Source: Syntrophales bacterium
GTDB taxonomy: Bacteria; Desulfobacterota; Syntrophia; Syntrophales; PHBD01
Assembly (NCBI GenBank): GCA_963668175.1
Contig: OY764159.1
Coordinates: 1,856,001 to 1,920,000 of the forward strand
Reading direction: 5' to 3'
Length of the DNA stretch: 64,000 nucleotides
A program made the position numbers and the translations under genes. Under the pieces are notes generated by a model that saw nothing but the letters and a program-made list of their open reading frames with translations, was not told where the DNA came from and did not search any database. This document shows positions 9,177 to 19,665 of this stretch, piece after piece; within the stretch, counting starts at the first letter, position 1; every line of letters starts with the position of its first letter.

Positions 9177-9197
9177 ACAACATGGAGGATATAAGGA

Positions 9198-10079
9198 ATG
9201 AATTGGATAAAGCGCATCTCTCTTTTTCTCTTCACGAATATCTTGATCATGGTCACGATTACCGTGATCCTGAACGTTCTGGGCGTCAAGCCCTACATCA
9301 ACGCCTACGGGCTCAACCTGGAGGCGCTCCTCGTCTTCTGCCTCGTCTGGGGCATGGCGGGGGCGTTCATCTCGCTCGTTCTGTCCCGGAAGATGGCGAA
9401 GTGGCTCATGGGCGTTCAGGTCATCGACGAGCGTGCCGCCGGGCCTTATGGCGATCTGCTGGAAACGGTGCGGGGCTTGAGCCGCGCGGCGGGCATTCCC
9501 ATGCCGGAAGTAGGCATCTATGAATCCCCGGAAGTGAACGCCTTCGCCACGGGCCCCACGAAGAGCCGATCCCTGGTCGCCGTCTCCACGGGACTGCTCC
9601 AGCGGATGACGCGGAACGAAATGGACGGCGTCCTGGCCCACGAAATATCCCATATCGCGAACGGCGACATGGTGACCATGACCCTGATTCAGGGCGTCGT
9701 CAACGCCTTCGCCATGTTTCTTTCCCGGATCGTCAGCTTCTTCATCGGCAGAATGGTGGACGAGAAGATGGAGGCGGTGGTCCGGTTCGTTTCCGTTATC
9801 GCCTTCGACATCCTGTTTTCGATACTGGGTTCGATCCTGGTCGCCTGGTTCTCGCGGCGGCGCGAATTCAGGGCCGATGCAGGCGGGGCTCGTTATGCCG
9901 GACGCGACAACATGATTGCGGCGCTTTCAAAACTGAAGGCGGCCTCCGTCATCGGCATCGACGACTCCGCCCCGGCCTTCGCCTCCCTCAAGATATCCGG
10001 GTCCCCGAAGTGGCTTTCCCTTTTTGCCACGCACCCGCCCCTGGACGACCGCATCGAGGCCCTCAGAAGGCCGGCGTAA
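9198..10079 (+). CDS. htpX: Membrane zinc protease HtpX (M48)
   Basis: NAFATG, VLAHEISH, NGDMVT, SRRREFRAD and FATHPPL. Confidence 0.95.
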   Translation: MNWIKRISLFLFTNILIMVTITVILNVLGVKPYINAYGLNLEALLVFCLVWGMAGAFISLVLSRKMAKWLMGVQVIDERAAGPYGDLLETVRGLSRAAGIPMPEVGIYESPEVNAFATGPTKSRSLVAVSTGLLQRMTRNEMDGVLAHEISHIANGDMVTMTLIQGVVNAFAMFLSRIVSFFIGRMVDEKMEAVVRFVSVIAFDILFSILGSILVAWFSRRREFRADAGGARYAGRDNMIAALSKLKAASVIGIDDSAPAFASLKISGSPKWLSLFATHPPLDDRIEALRRPA

Positions 10080-10088
10080 GGGATACCG

Positions 10089-11018
10089 ATGGAAATCGGC
10101 GTGTATGCGTGGGGCGGCTTCGTCCTCTTCGTCCTGGTCATGCTGGCGCTCGACCTCGGTGTCTTCAACCGCAAGGAGCACGAAGTGACGGTCAGGGAGG
10201 CCCTCCTCTGGACGGCCTTCTGGGTGTCCCTGGCCGCGGCCTTCTGCGGAGGCGTCTGGTATTTCCTCGGGCAGGAGAAGGCCCTGGAGTTCATGGCGGG
10301 CTACCTCATCGAGGAGTCCCTGAGCATGGACAACCTCTTCGTCTTTCTTCTCGTCTTCCGCTACTTCCGCGTTCCCCCGAAGTACGAGCACAAGGCCCTC
10401 TTCTGGGGGGTCCTGGGGGCGCTGGCGATGCGGGCGGTCTTCATCGTCCTCGGCGTGGCCCTCATCAACCGCTTCCACTGGATCGTCTATGGCTTCGGCG
10501 CCTTCCTCGTCGTCAGCGCCGTCAAGATGGCCCTGGAGAAGGATCGGGAAATCCACCCGGATAAGAACCCGCTTTTTATCCTTCTCCGGAAATTCCTGCC
10601 CGTTTCTCCCGGCTTCGAAGGCGGCAGGTTCTTCGTCCGCAGGGACGGCATGCTGACCGCGACGCCGCTTTTGGCAGTCGTTTTGGTCCTGGAGACGACG
10701 GACGTGATCTTCGCCGTCGATTCCATTCCGGCCGTGCTGGCCGTGACGCGCGATCCCTTTATCGTCTATACGTCCAACGCCTTCGCCATCCTGGGGCTCC
10801 GCTCCCTTTTCTTCGCCCTGGCCGGCATGATGCGCCTCTTCCACTACCTCCACTACGGCCTGGTCGCCGTTCTCCTGTTCGTCGGGGCCAAGATGCTGAT
10901 GTCCGGCTTTGTCCACATCCCGATCGCCGTCTCTCTCGCGGCGATTGCGGCCATCCTCGCCATTTCGGTGTGCGCCTCCCTGGTCTGGCCGCAGAATGGG
11001 AGCCGTGAGTCTGCGTAA
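10089..11018 (+). CDS. TerC/Alx family membrane protein
   Basis: LALDLG, GYLIEESLSMDNLFVF, DVIFAVDSIPA and YTSNAFAILGLRSL. Confidence 0.93.
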   Translation: MEIGVYAWGGFVLFVLVMLALDLGVFNRKEHEVTVREALLWTAFWVSLAAAFCGGVWYFLGQEKALEFMAGYLIEESLSMDNLFVFLLVFRYFRVPPKYEHKALFWGVLGALAMRAVFIVLGVALINRFHWIVYGFGAFLVVSAVKMALEKDREIHPDKNPLFILLRKFLPVSPGFEGGRFFVRRDGMLTATPLLAVVLVLETTDVIFAVDSIPAVLAVTRDPFIVYTSNAFAILGLRSLFFALAGMMRLFHYLHYGLVAVLLFVGAKMLMSGFVHIPIAVSLAAIAAILAISVCASLVWPQNGSRESA

Positions 11019-11197
11019 TGAACGGATAATAAAACATATATCCGTTATGGCGAACTGCCTGCCTTGCATACGAGGCGGACGGCGACTCCGCGCATCGCAT
11101 GTTAAACTATGCAATAAAATAATATAAATAACATGTTATGCTGATATTCGTCCGGCTTTTCCGAAAAGTAATCCCCACAGAATGTTCCTGACGCAAA

Positions 11198-11213
11198 TGG
11201 CATGAATCTGGCT
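11198..11213 (+). promoter_or_regulatory. sigma54 promoter candidate upstream of the hybrid kinase
   Basis: TGGCATG-AATC-TGGCT with GG and GC at the correct spacing; AT-rich ATAACATGTTAT palindrome upstream. Confidence 0.45.
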
Positions 11214-11277
11214 TTTCCATGATCATGGCCGACCGTTGCACGACCGGCCGCGAATCCATAAAGTTTACCGGAGAGGC

Positions 11278-14200
11278 ATGAAACCGAGAACAGGCGGATC
11301 ACAGAGGAAATCCACGGCACGAAAAAACGGCGGGGCAAAGGTCCGGATGGACAAGAACGGCAAACCGGATTGTCCGCCCGGACCGGAGACAGGATCGTGG
11401 AGCCGCGAAGACCGTTTTCTGGCCCTCATCCAGAACCTGACGGACATGATCATGGTCCTGGACGAGAAGGGTATCGTCACCTACGAATCCCCTTCCTGGG
11501 CGAAGACGATGGGATACGAAGAAGGGTATCTGGTCGGCAAATCGCCTTTTCCATTTATTCATCCTGAAGATATGGATCGGGCCCTGCAGGATTTGAACAG
11601 GGCGATGGAAGGCGAGATCGACGGCGTGCCCACGCTTGTCCGCTTTCGCAGGAAGGACGGCACCTGGGCTCTGCTCGAAGTCCTGGGCGACAATCTGTAC
11701 AAGCACCCCGCCGTTCGCGGCCTCGTCGTTACGGCCCGGGAGGTCAGCGAACGCTTAAAGACCCAGGAAGCACTCCTCGAAATGGAGGAACGGTACCGGC
11801 TCCTGATGAACGCGACACGGGACATCATCTATACGGTATCGCCCGGATTGGAGGTCGTATCCGTTTCTCCCAGCATTGAAGCCGCTCTCGGGTACAAATC
11901 GGAAGAGGTCGTCGGCAGGCGAATTCTGGAACTGCCGATCCTTCATGTCGACGACCGGGACCTTGCCGCGGCCGAACTGAAGAAGGCCTTCGCCGGCCAG
12001 AGCGTCGGTCCCACGGAATTCCGGATGGTGGCCAAAGACGGCACCGTCAGATATGCGGAAATCGTCGGTACGCCGCTCATTCGCGGCGGGGAAGTCATCG
12101 GCTGCACAAGTATCGCCCGGAACATCACGGGAAAGAAGAATGCGGAAGAAGCCCTCCGCAAGAGCGAGGAAAAGTACCGGAGCATGATCGACAACATGGA
12201 CACCGGCTACTTCGAAGTCGACATGAGGGGGGACGTTAAATTCATGAACCGCGCTCTTAAGGGCTATCTCGGCTACGAGGAAAAAGACGTTGTCGATCTC
12301 AACTACAAGGATTTCATAGAGGAGGAAGAGGCCAGAAGGATCAGGGAGGTCTTCGGCGAGTGCTACCGGACCGGACGGCCCCGGGCCAATTTTCTCTGGA
12401 ATTATTTCATGAAGGACGGATCGAAGGCCTCGGCCGTTTCCTCCGTCTTTCCCATCCGTGACGACCAGGGCAAGATTGTCGGGTTTCGCGGCACCGTGAG
12501 GGACATTACCGAATTAAGGCAGATGCAGACGGCCCTTCAGGAGCGCGAGGAGACCTTCCGCGCCCTGACGGAGAACTCCCTCGACACCATCATGAGGTTC
12601 AACGGCGAATGCCGGCACCTCTATGTCAATCCCGCGACTGAAAAACTGACCGGTTTACCTCCGGAGCGCTTCATCGGCTGGACGCACAAGGAACTGGGAT
12701 TTCCACCCGATTTGTGCGTCGTATGGGAGGATGCCATCAAAAAAGTGTTCGCTTCCGGAAAATCCCACCGCATCGAGTTCATGCTGCCGGACGAGATCTG
12801 GATCGACTGGCTTCTCGTTCCCGAATTCACCGTCGAGGGAAAGGTCAAGGCGGTGATTGCTTCCGCCCGAGACATCACGGCCCATAAAGAGATCGAGCAT
12901 ACCTTGAAGGAGTCGGAGAAACGCCTCGCCAATATCATCGACTTTCTCCCCGATGCGACCATGGTCGTCGATCGGAGCAAGAAAGTCATTGCCTGGAACC
13001 GGGCCATGGAGAAGATGACCGGCGTACGTCACGAGGATATGATCGGCAAGGGCGATTACGAGTATGCCTATCCCTTTTACGGCGTCAGGAAGCCCATCCT
13101 CGTGGATCTGGCCCTGGCTCCGGACGGCGCGGCGGAGAGGGAGTATGCGGGCGTCTATCGAGAAGACGAACACGTCTTCGGGGAAACCCATATCCTGAAC
13201 ATGCAGAACCGGGAGGTCTATCTGTGGGGCGTGGCTTCGCCCCTCCGCAATTCCCGCGGGGAGATCGTCGGCGCCATCGAATCGATCCGCGACATCACGG
13301 ACCGCAAGCGCGTGGAAAAGGAACTCCAGACCGCCAAGGAGATTGCCGACAGCGCCAGCCATGCCAAGGGGGAATTCCTGGCGAATATGAGCCATGAGAT
13401 CAGGACCCCCCTGAACGCCATCATCGGCTTGAGCGAACTGGCCATGGAGATGGATCTGGACGAAGAAAAAATCGGGGTTTTCCTGGTTATCAACAACGAG
13501 GCGGAACATCTCCTGAGTCTGGTCAACGACGTCCTCGATTTTTCGAAAATAGAGGCGGGACGGATGGAGCTGGAAGACATTCCCTTCGATCTCGCCTACC
13601 TGGTGGACAACCTGGCCGAGACTTTCGCCTATCAGGCGGTGCAGAAGGGACTCGAATTCCTCTCTTACATCGATCCGGAGACGCCCCTGAATCTCGTCGG
13701 CGATCCGGGACGCCTGCGCCAGGTCCTGACGAACCTGGTCGGCAACGCCCTCAAGTTCACGCAGGAGGGAAGGGTTTATCTCCAGGTACGGACGCAGGAC
13801 CGTGACGAATGGCAGACCACGATCCGCTTCGCAATCGAAGATACGGGCATCGGCATCCCGCCGGAAATGCAGGAGGCCGTCTTTCAAAGCTTCACCCAGG
13901 CGGACGGATCGACGACGCGCAAATATGGAGGCACCGGGCTGGGGACGTCGATCTCCAAGAACCTGGTCGAGATGATGGGCGGAAAGATCGGCGTAAAGAG
14001 CGAGCTGGGTCGGGGCAGTACCTTCTGGTTCGAAATTCCATTCGCCGTCCAGTCCGATGCGAAAGAGAGCCGCGCGAAAGAATTGCCCGATTTCAATGGG
14101 CTTAGGGTCATGATCGTGGACAATAAACCGATCAACCGTTTCATTCTCCGGGAATACCTCCGTTCGTGGGGATGCCTGACAACCGAAGCCGGCGACGGCG

Positions 14201-15351
14201 GGGAAGCTCTGGCTAAGATGAAGGATGCCGCCCGCACGGGAGAGCGGCCGCAACTGGCCGTCGTCGATTTTCAGATGCCCGGCATGGACGGCTTCGATTT
14301 CGCCCGGACCGCCAAGAGCGACCCCGACATTGCCGATACGCATATCATCCTGATTACGTCCGCCGTGAGACGGGGAGACGGAATGAACTGCCGCGATCTC
14401 GGGATTTCCGGCTACCTGGCGAAGCCGGTCAAAAGGTCGGACCTTTATCGCGTCGTCCGCTCCGTCCTTGCCCTGCCCGCGGGCGGTATTGCCCCGGAAG
14501 AGGCGATCCCGGTCACCCGGCACAGTGCCGCCGAGGCGGCCGGGAAAAAGCTGCGTGTCCTGGTCGCTGAGGATTACCCCGCGAACAGGCGGATTGCCGT
14601 CAGGCACCTTGAAGGTGCCGGCTATGCGGTAGATGCCGTGGAGAACGGCCTTTTGGCCGTCGAGGCCTGGATGGCAAACGATTACGACCTGATCCTGATG
14701 GATGTGCAGATGCCCGTCATGGACGGCTATGACGCGGTGCGGAAAATCAGGGCCCTGGAAGCCGGAACGAGCGGGAAGAGTACGTCAACGACCGCCGAGA
14801 GCCGGAAGCGGACGCCCATCATCGCCATGACCGCCCATGCCCTGAAGGACTACCTCGACCGCTGCCTGGAAGTCGGGATGGACGATTATCTGACCAAGCC
14901 CGTCAAGGGGAGCAAGCTGATCGAGGCCGTCGAAAAATGGGCGCGGTCGGATCTTCCCGCGGGGGCAGGCTGTACGGGCGAGACGGCTGAAGAGCGAAAG
15001 GATGCTTCCAAGGCCGTTTTCGACTATGTGCAGGCCGTCAGGGAGTTTTACGGAGACAAGGCGTTTCTCGCCGACGTCGCCCGGGAGTTTCTGGGGAAGG
15101 TGGACTCCCAGATCTCCCTGCTTCGCGAATACGCGGGCACCGGCGAAAGCGAGCAACTTGGGCGCGAGGCGCATGCCATGAAAGGCGGAGCGGCCAACCT
15201 GACGGCCATGGCGCTGGCCGAGGCCGCCCGCCGTCTGGAACAGATCGGCAAGTCGGGCAGGCTTTCGGAGGCGCCGCCGGCCCTGGACGACCTGGAAAAG
15301 GCCTTTGCCGACCTGAAAACGGAACTGGCCCATTGGGACATCGTCGCTTGA
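11278..15351 (+). CDS. Cytoplasmic hybrid histidine kinase: 5 PAS, HisKA, HATPase, 2 REC, HPt
   Basis: Five PAS repeats ending in RDIT-like motifs; [53 protein letters not shown]. Start is ATG 11278 or 11347. Confidence 0.93.
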   Translation: MKPRTGGSQRKSTARKNGGAKVRMDKNGKPDCPPGPETGSWSREDRFLALIQNLTDMIMVLDEKGIVTYESPSWAKTMGYEEGYLVGKSPFPFIHPEDMDRALQDLNRAMEGEIDGVPTLVRFRRKDGTWALLEVLGDNLYKHPAVRGLVVTAREVSERLKTQEALLEMEERYRLLMNATRDIIYTVSPGLEVVSVSPSIEAALGYKSEEVVGRRILELPILHVDDRDLAAAELKKAFAGQSVGPTEFRMVAKDGTVRYAEIVGTPLIRGGEVIGCTSIARNITGKKNAEEALRKSEEKYRSMIDNMDTGYFEVDMRGDVKFMNRALKGYLGYEEKDVVDLNYKDFIEEEEARRIREVFGECYRTGRPRANFLWNYFMKDGSKASAVSSVFPIRDDQGKIVGFRGTVRDITELRQMQTALQEREETFRALTENSLDTIMRFNGECRHLYVNPATEKLTGLPPERFIGWTHKELGFPPDLCVVWEDAIKKVFASGKSHRIEFMLPDEIWIDWLLVPEFTVEGKVKAVIASARDITAHKEIEHTLKESEKRLANIIDFLPDATMVVDRSKKVIAWNRAMEKMTGVRHEDMIGKGDYEYAYPFYGVRKPILVDLALAPDGAAEREYAGVYREDEHVFGETHILNMQNREVYLWGVASPLRNSRGEIVGAIESIRDITDRKRVEKELQTAKEIADSASHAKGEFLANMSHEIRTPLNAIIGLSELAMEMDLDEEKIGVFLVINNEAEHLLSLVNDVLDFSKIEAGRMELEDIPFDLAYLVDNLAETFAYQAVQKGLEFLSYIDPETPLNLVGDPGRLRQVLTNLVGNALKFTQEGRVYLQVRTQDRDEWQTTIRFAIEDTGIGIPPEMQEAVFQSFTQADGSTTRKYGGTGLGTSISKNLVEMMGGKIGVKSELGRGSTFWFEIPFAVQSDAKESRAKELPDFNGLRVMIVDNKPINRFILREYLRSWGCLTTEAGDGGEALAKMKDAARTGERPQLAVVDFQMPGMDGFDFARTAKSDPDIADTHIILITSAVRRGDGMNCRDLGISGYLAKPVKRSDLYRVVRSVLALPAGGIAPEEAIPVTRHSAAEAAGKKLRVLVAEDYPANRRIAVRHLEGAGYAVDAVENGLLAVEAWMANDYDLILMDVQMPVMDGYDAVRKIRALEAGTSGKSTSTTAESRKRTPIIAMTAHALKDYLDRCLEVGMDDYLTKPVKGSKLIEAVEKWARSDLPAGAGCTGETAEERKDASKAVFDYVQAVREFYGDKAFLADVAREFLGKVDSQISLLREYAGTGESEQLGREAHAMKGGAANLTAMALAEAARRLEQIGKSGRLSEAPPALDDLEKAFADLKTELAHWDIVA

Positions 15352-15401
15352 CGGTTTACGGCTGCTGACGGCGTTCGGGATTTCCCGAGAGGTGACGGGA
15401 T

Positions 15402-15797
15402 ATGAGAATACTGGTTGTGGACGACGAATCCGTGAGCCGGCGGAAACTCCAGTTCATTATGAAGAATTTCGGGCGATGCGACCAGGTGGAAAACGGCCGC
15501 CAGGCCGTCGAGGCCTTTGTCAAGGCGTGGGAGGAATGGGCCCCTTACGACCTGATCGCTCTCGATCTGGTCATGCCCGAGATGAACGGCGATGATGCGC
15601 TCCTTGAAATCAGGGCCCTGGAGAACAGGAAGAACGTGCCCGAGGACAGGCGGGTCAAAGTCATTATGATCACGGCGCAATCCAACAAGGATACGATCGT
15701 CACCTGCGTCCAGCTTGGATGCAACGACTTCATTTCCAAACCGTTCGATCCGCAGATCGTCGAGGAGAAGCTGCGCAAATACTTCCCCCAGCTGTGA
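15402..15797 (+). CDS. Single-domain response regulator (CheY-like)
   Basis: ILVVDD, LDLVMPEMNG, MITA and ISKPF. Confidence 0.92.
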   Translation: MRILVVDDESVSRRKLQFIMKNFGRCDQVENGRQAVEAFVKAWEEWAPYDLIALDLVMPEMNGDDALLEIRALENRKNVPEDRRVKVIMITAQSNKDTIVTCVQLGCNDFISKPFDPQIVEEKLRKYFPQL

Positions 15798-15827
15798 TCC
15801 CGAAGTGCAGCGTTCGCCCGCGCCCCT

Positions 15828-16460
15828 CTATTGCTTAACGGAGAAGTACTTCAGGATGATCTGCAGGATGGAAGGGAAGTCGGTCACGCTGGAATCGGCG
15901 CACAGGTGGAAATTCTCCGCGTCCCGCCAGTGTACGCCGATGATGTCCCTGACGAACTTCGCCCGCCTCTGGTCCGATTCCGTTATCATGGCCCGGACTT
16001 CCTTGTAGTCGGCATTTCCCCGGACTTTCATCATGCGCCTGATCCGGAATTCCAGCGGGGCGTGGATAAAGACGCGCAGGACCTCCGGCCGGTCTTTGAG
16101 GGCGAAAAACGCCCCCCGGCCGACGATCACGGCGCCGAACCGGTCCACGATGCCGTTCATGATCTTCGATTCCAGGAGGAACAGGTCTCTGTCGTAGACG
16201 GGTTTTACCGCGGGAGGGGCGAATGTCGTCTCGGGGGAGCCGAAGGAAAACATCTTCATGATATTCTCCACGATGCCCGACGATTTTTCCTCCTGGTGCG
16301 CCAGGACCGCCGAATCCACGCCCAGGCGGAGCGACGCCTCGCGGAGGATTTCGCGGTCCAGGTACCGGAAGCCGAGTTCCTTGGCGGCGAGGTAGCCGAT
16401 GTAGGTGCCGCCGCTGCCCATCTGCCTGGAGATCACGAGGGATTTGAATGGTTCCGCCAT
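15828..16460 (-). CDS. Cytidylate kinase-like family protein
   Basis: ISRQMGSGG, YLDREI, VIVGRG, FIHAPLEFRI and DQRRAKF. Confidence 0.85.
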   Translation of the reverse strand: MAEPFKSLVISRQMGSGGTYIGYLAAKELGFRYLDREILREASLRLGVDSAVLAHQEEKSSGIVENIMKMFSFGSPETTFAPPAVKPVYDRDLFLLESKIMNGIVDRFGAVIVGRGAFFALKDRPEVLRVFIHAPLEFRIRRMMKVRGNADYKEVRAMITESDQRRAKFVRDIIGVHWRDAENFHLCADSSVTDFPSILQIILKYFSVKQ

Positions 16461-16832
16461 ACGCCGTCCCTGTCATGTATGCTGAAATTTGCGCCGTTGA
16501 TCGATTCTTAACAGAAAGATCGTGAAAAGGGAAACCCAAAAAGCGCTCGTGTTTGAATCAGCCGTAACCGTTTGAAAAGAGGGTCCTCGCCTCCCGATTC
16601 AAGCCTTTCATCTACTGTGAGATGCGGATTCGCGTGAGATGCGCAGGACCGGAGGGCCTGATGCCGTCGGGCATTCCTGTTTTTGTCGGGATTGTTTCCG
16701 GGGCAGGCAAGCGGGATCGGGCCGCAGGGCAGGAGGTAGGGGGAGAAGCTCGGGGAAGCTCAAACCCTTTTCAACCAAGGAGGTCGCCCCGCGGCCCGGT
16801 CGCCGTCGTTCATTCGGTATCCTTTTGTATGT

Positions 16833-18579
16833 CTATTGCGGCTTGGGCGTCTGCGCCGGCTGGGGGGCGGACATCTTGTAGGCCACGAAGACGCTCTTCT
16901 CCCCGAAAGCCCGGCCCGTCGAGAGAACGAGCGCCATCACGATCTCCTTCTCCCCGTCGTTGTCCACGTCCTTGAACTGGTAGTCCGCCACGTAGCCGTT
17001 GATCTTCCGCGTCCGCCAGTTCTCCACCAGGCCCAGACCGTCCCATTCCATGTTGTAGATCTCGCTGGACGTGTAGATCCGGACCTTCTTCAGGAAGTTG
17101 CCGCCCGGGGAGATGTTCTTCACGATGATGATCTCCTTCTTCCCGTCCCCGTTCGTGTCGTATGTCAGAATCCGGGCGTTCATGAAGGCCCGCTGGTCCT
17201 CCGTCGCCCCCCCCCGTCGTCTCCTGGCCGACGTAATCGACGTAGAGGTTGCTCCCGCCGAAGATCTCGTCGCTCTTGTAGAGCAGCTCCTTCGGTCCGC
17301 CGAAGACCCGCAGCTTGTCGATCACCATGTCCGTCGGCGTATAGATGCACAGATAGTCGTAGTCGTCGAGAGCGATGATCCTCTCCGGACCCCCCGCCTC
17401 GATCGCGTCGATCGTGAAGTTATACACCGAAAGCCCCAGCGGAACGGTCATCTTCTTCCCTTCCTTCAGCTTGCCCCCCTCCCAGACCATCTCGTAGATG
17501 GGCGTGCTGAAGGGACGGTCCACGCCGAACCGCTGCCCCATCAGCTTGACGCCGCCGGGGGTCTCGATCGCCCGGAAAAACCAGGGCAGGCGCGTCGCCA
17601 GTTCCACGAATTTCCCGTTCTTCCATTCCAGGACAAAGGATTCCAGGGCGTTGTTCTTGAGGAGATTGGTCACGACGATCTCCTGGCGCTTGTCCTGGAA
17701 AAGATCGACGACATCGACGGCAATGTAGTTGTCGCTCATCTTCCCCTGGATCTTCTGGATCATCCTGAAATCCGAGCCCTTCTTCTGGAATATCCGGATC
17801 GAGTTGCGGTCGATGGCGACGATCTCGTTCAGGCCGTCGCCGTTCACGTCGCCGACGGCCATCCCTCTGAATTCGGTGGGATAACCCTCGCTCATCCAGA
17901 ATCCCTTCCGGTCCACGGGCTGGAAGGCGTTGATGAAATCGGGATTGATGGCCGCGGTCATGGTCCCCTTGGACGATTTTCTGATCCCCGCGATGACCTC
18001 CGATTCCCGGGCCGCAGGCGTAACAGCCGGGGCCGCAGCCGCCGGTGCCGCCGCTGCCGCAGCAGGGGCCGGTGCCGCGGGGGCCGGGGCCGCCGCAACA
18101 GCGCCGCCCATGATCCTATCAACCACTTTCTGGGAAAAATCGTTGATCTTGGGAATCACTTCGTCCATGCCGTGGCACAGGGCCGACGCCCCGAATGCCG
18201 ATTGATATTTCCCCACGTCCATCAGCTTCCCGTCGATGCTCAGGTTGTTGCCGATCTTCGAGATGCTCCCCCAGACGACGTAATCCGCCTTCATCTGCTT
18301 ACCCAGGGCATAGACATCGGCTTCCGAAAGCTGCTTGACCCCTTTGGGCTTCAGGGCGTCCGAAACCTTGTCCTTGGCCAGGACCGTGATGTTGCCGCCG
18401 GCCGAGACGCGGATGGAAATCATGTCCCAGACGGACTGCTGAATCCAGTCGATGTTCTCGCTGCTGTGCGTGGCGAAAGGCAGCACCATCACGCTCCTGG
18501 TGTCTACCGCCCACACCTTTCCGAATGCCAATACCAATACAAGCATCAATGTGCCGATGATCCATCTGCCGGTCTTCAT
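16833..18579 (-). pseudogene. Secreted FG-GAP/VCBS beta-propeller protein with an N-terminal TolB-N/CsgG-like domain; frameshifted at a G9 run
   Basis: Signal peptide, VMVLPF...ADYVVWGSI domain, Ala/Pro linker, and GDVNGDGLNEIV, DTNGDGKKEII and DVDNDGEKEIV repeats split over two frames. Removing one C from C9 at 17207-17215 fuses them. Confidence 0.75.
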
Positions 18580-18904
18580 GGTAAGCCGTCTCCTTTGTTT
18601 CGCGATGAGACCGGGTATCGACTTCCTCTCCCGATCAGGCGTAACGATATTGTAATGTATTCTGAAACGTAAAATGCTGTCCCCGAGGGAATTGCAAGAA
18701 GCGAACCAGTCGGGACGTGTTTTGCAACCCGTTCAATATATGGGCGAAATCTGACGCGGCCGGCCGGTGCGGCCGTTTTCAGGGCATTCGAACGGGTAGA
18801 ATGTATCCACTTCGGGGTATCCAGTTGTATATTAAGTATCCAGGCGAAGGGGGGACTTTCGACGGGTGGAGCGACCGTGCCGGGGGTGCGGGAGGGGTGG
18901 CGCT

Positions 18905-19665
18905 TCAGGAAAAAAGGACGTCCACGACGTCGCGGATATACTGCTCGTCGGTGATGCCGTAGGTTGTCTCTTCCGGGAAGGCGGCGAGGCCGCGGAAGTG
19001 GCCGGCGACGGCGGCATAGAGTTCCAGGCGCGCCTCCGGGAGCAACTGGTCCCCGCCGCAGCAGGGCGCGGACGGCGATGGAGGCCTCCTGCGGGGATGC
19101 AAGCTGCCGCAGGCGGGCGCAGAGATGGGGATGGGCCCGGAGGGAATTGAATTTCCCCGCCGTAAGCTGGCTCAAGTCGGGGTCGGCGAATTCGGGAATC
19201 CTGACGACGATGGTGTTTGCAACCACGTCGCCCAGCCGCTGGGCGCGTCTGCTTGAGAAGCAGACCGTGCCGCCGACGGCGTAGAGGACGGGCAGGCTGT
19301 CCACGAGACGCATCAGGTTGCGGATGACGACCTGGCTGAACCTGAGGCGGAGCCCCTGGACGTCCATGACCCGGAGCCGGCAGAGCTTCTTGCCCAGCGT
19401 CTGCCCGTGCCAGAGCCATTCCAGGGCCATGGCGTAGCCCACGGAAATGGCGAAACCGGCGAGGACCGTGGCGGCGCCGGCGAAATCGACGCTGATGAGC
19501 TTCACGGCGTTGAGGAGGATTCCCGCCGCCAGGGTGGCGGCGCCGATGCAGCCGATGTTCCACCGCCCAGGCCAGGAGCCGTGACACCGGTCCGGCGAGG
19601 ACGAGCGAAAAGACGATGCCTTCCGGCGTCCTGATGACGAGTCTGTGGTTCTTATCGGTCGTCAT
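18905..19665 (-). pseudogene. RDD family membrane protein with two +1 frameshifts
   Basis: IRTPEG..F.L.LAG..SRLLAWAV, then GQTLGKK..RLRV...RNLMR.VD...QRLGD, then a C-terminal segment, spread over three frames. The extra bases are at about 19559 and 19051. Confidence 0.8.

Noticed and set aside
12655..14607. Long antisense and alternate-frame ORFs (also 847-2301, 24245-26014, 48425-50287, 60870-62519 and others)
   Set aside because: They are shadow ORFs opposite well-supported genes, as expected from high-GC codon bias, and carry no recognisable motifs.
16810..17206. C-terminal tail of the 589-aa ORF as a real protein end
   Set aside because: It is out-of-frame sequence after the G9 slip; the FG-GAP repeats continue in the 17183-16833 frame.
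18010..18110. GC-rich short repeats, possibly a repeat array
   Set aside because: They encode the Ala/Pro linker of the FG-GAP protein and have no repeat-spacer structure.
18849..18866. GGGGGGACTTTCGACGGG, resembling a tmRNA 5' end
   Set aside because: The spacing is wrong, no 3' tRNA-like end or tag ORF is present, and it runs into the RDD gene.
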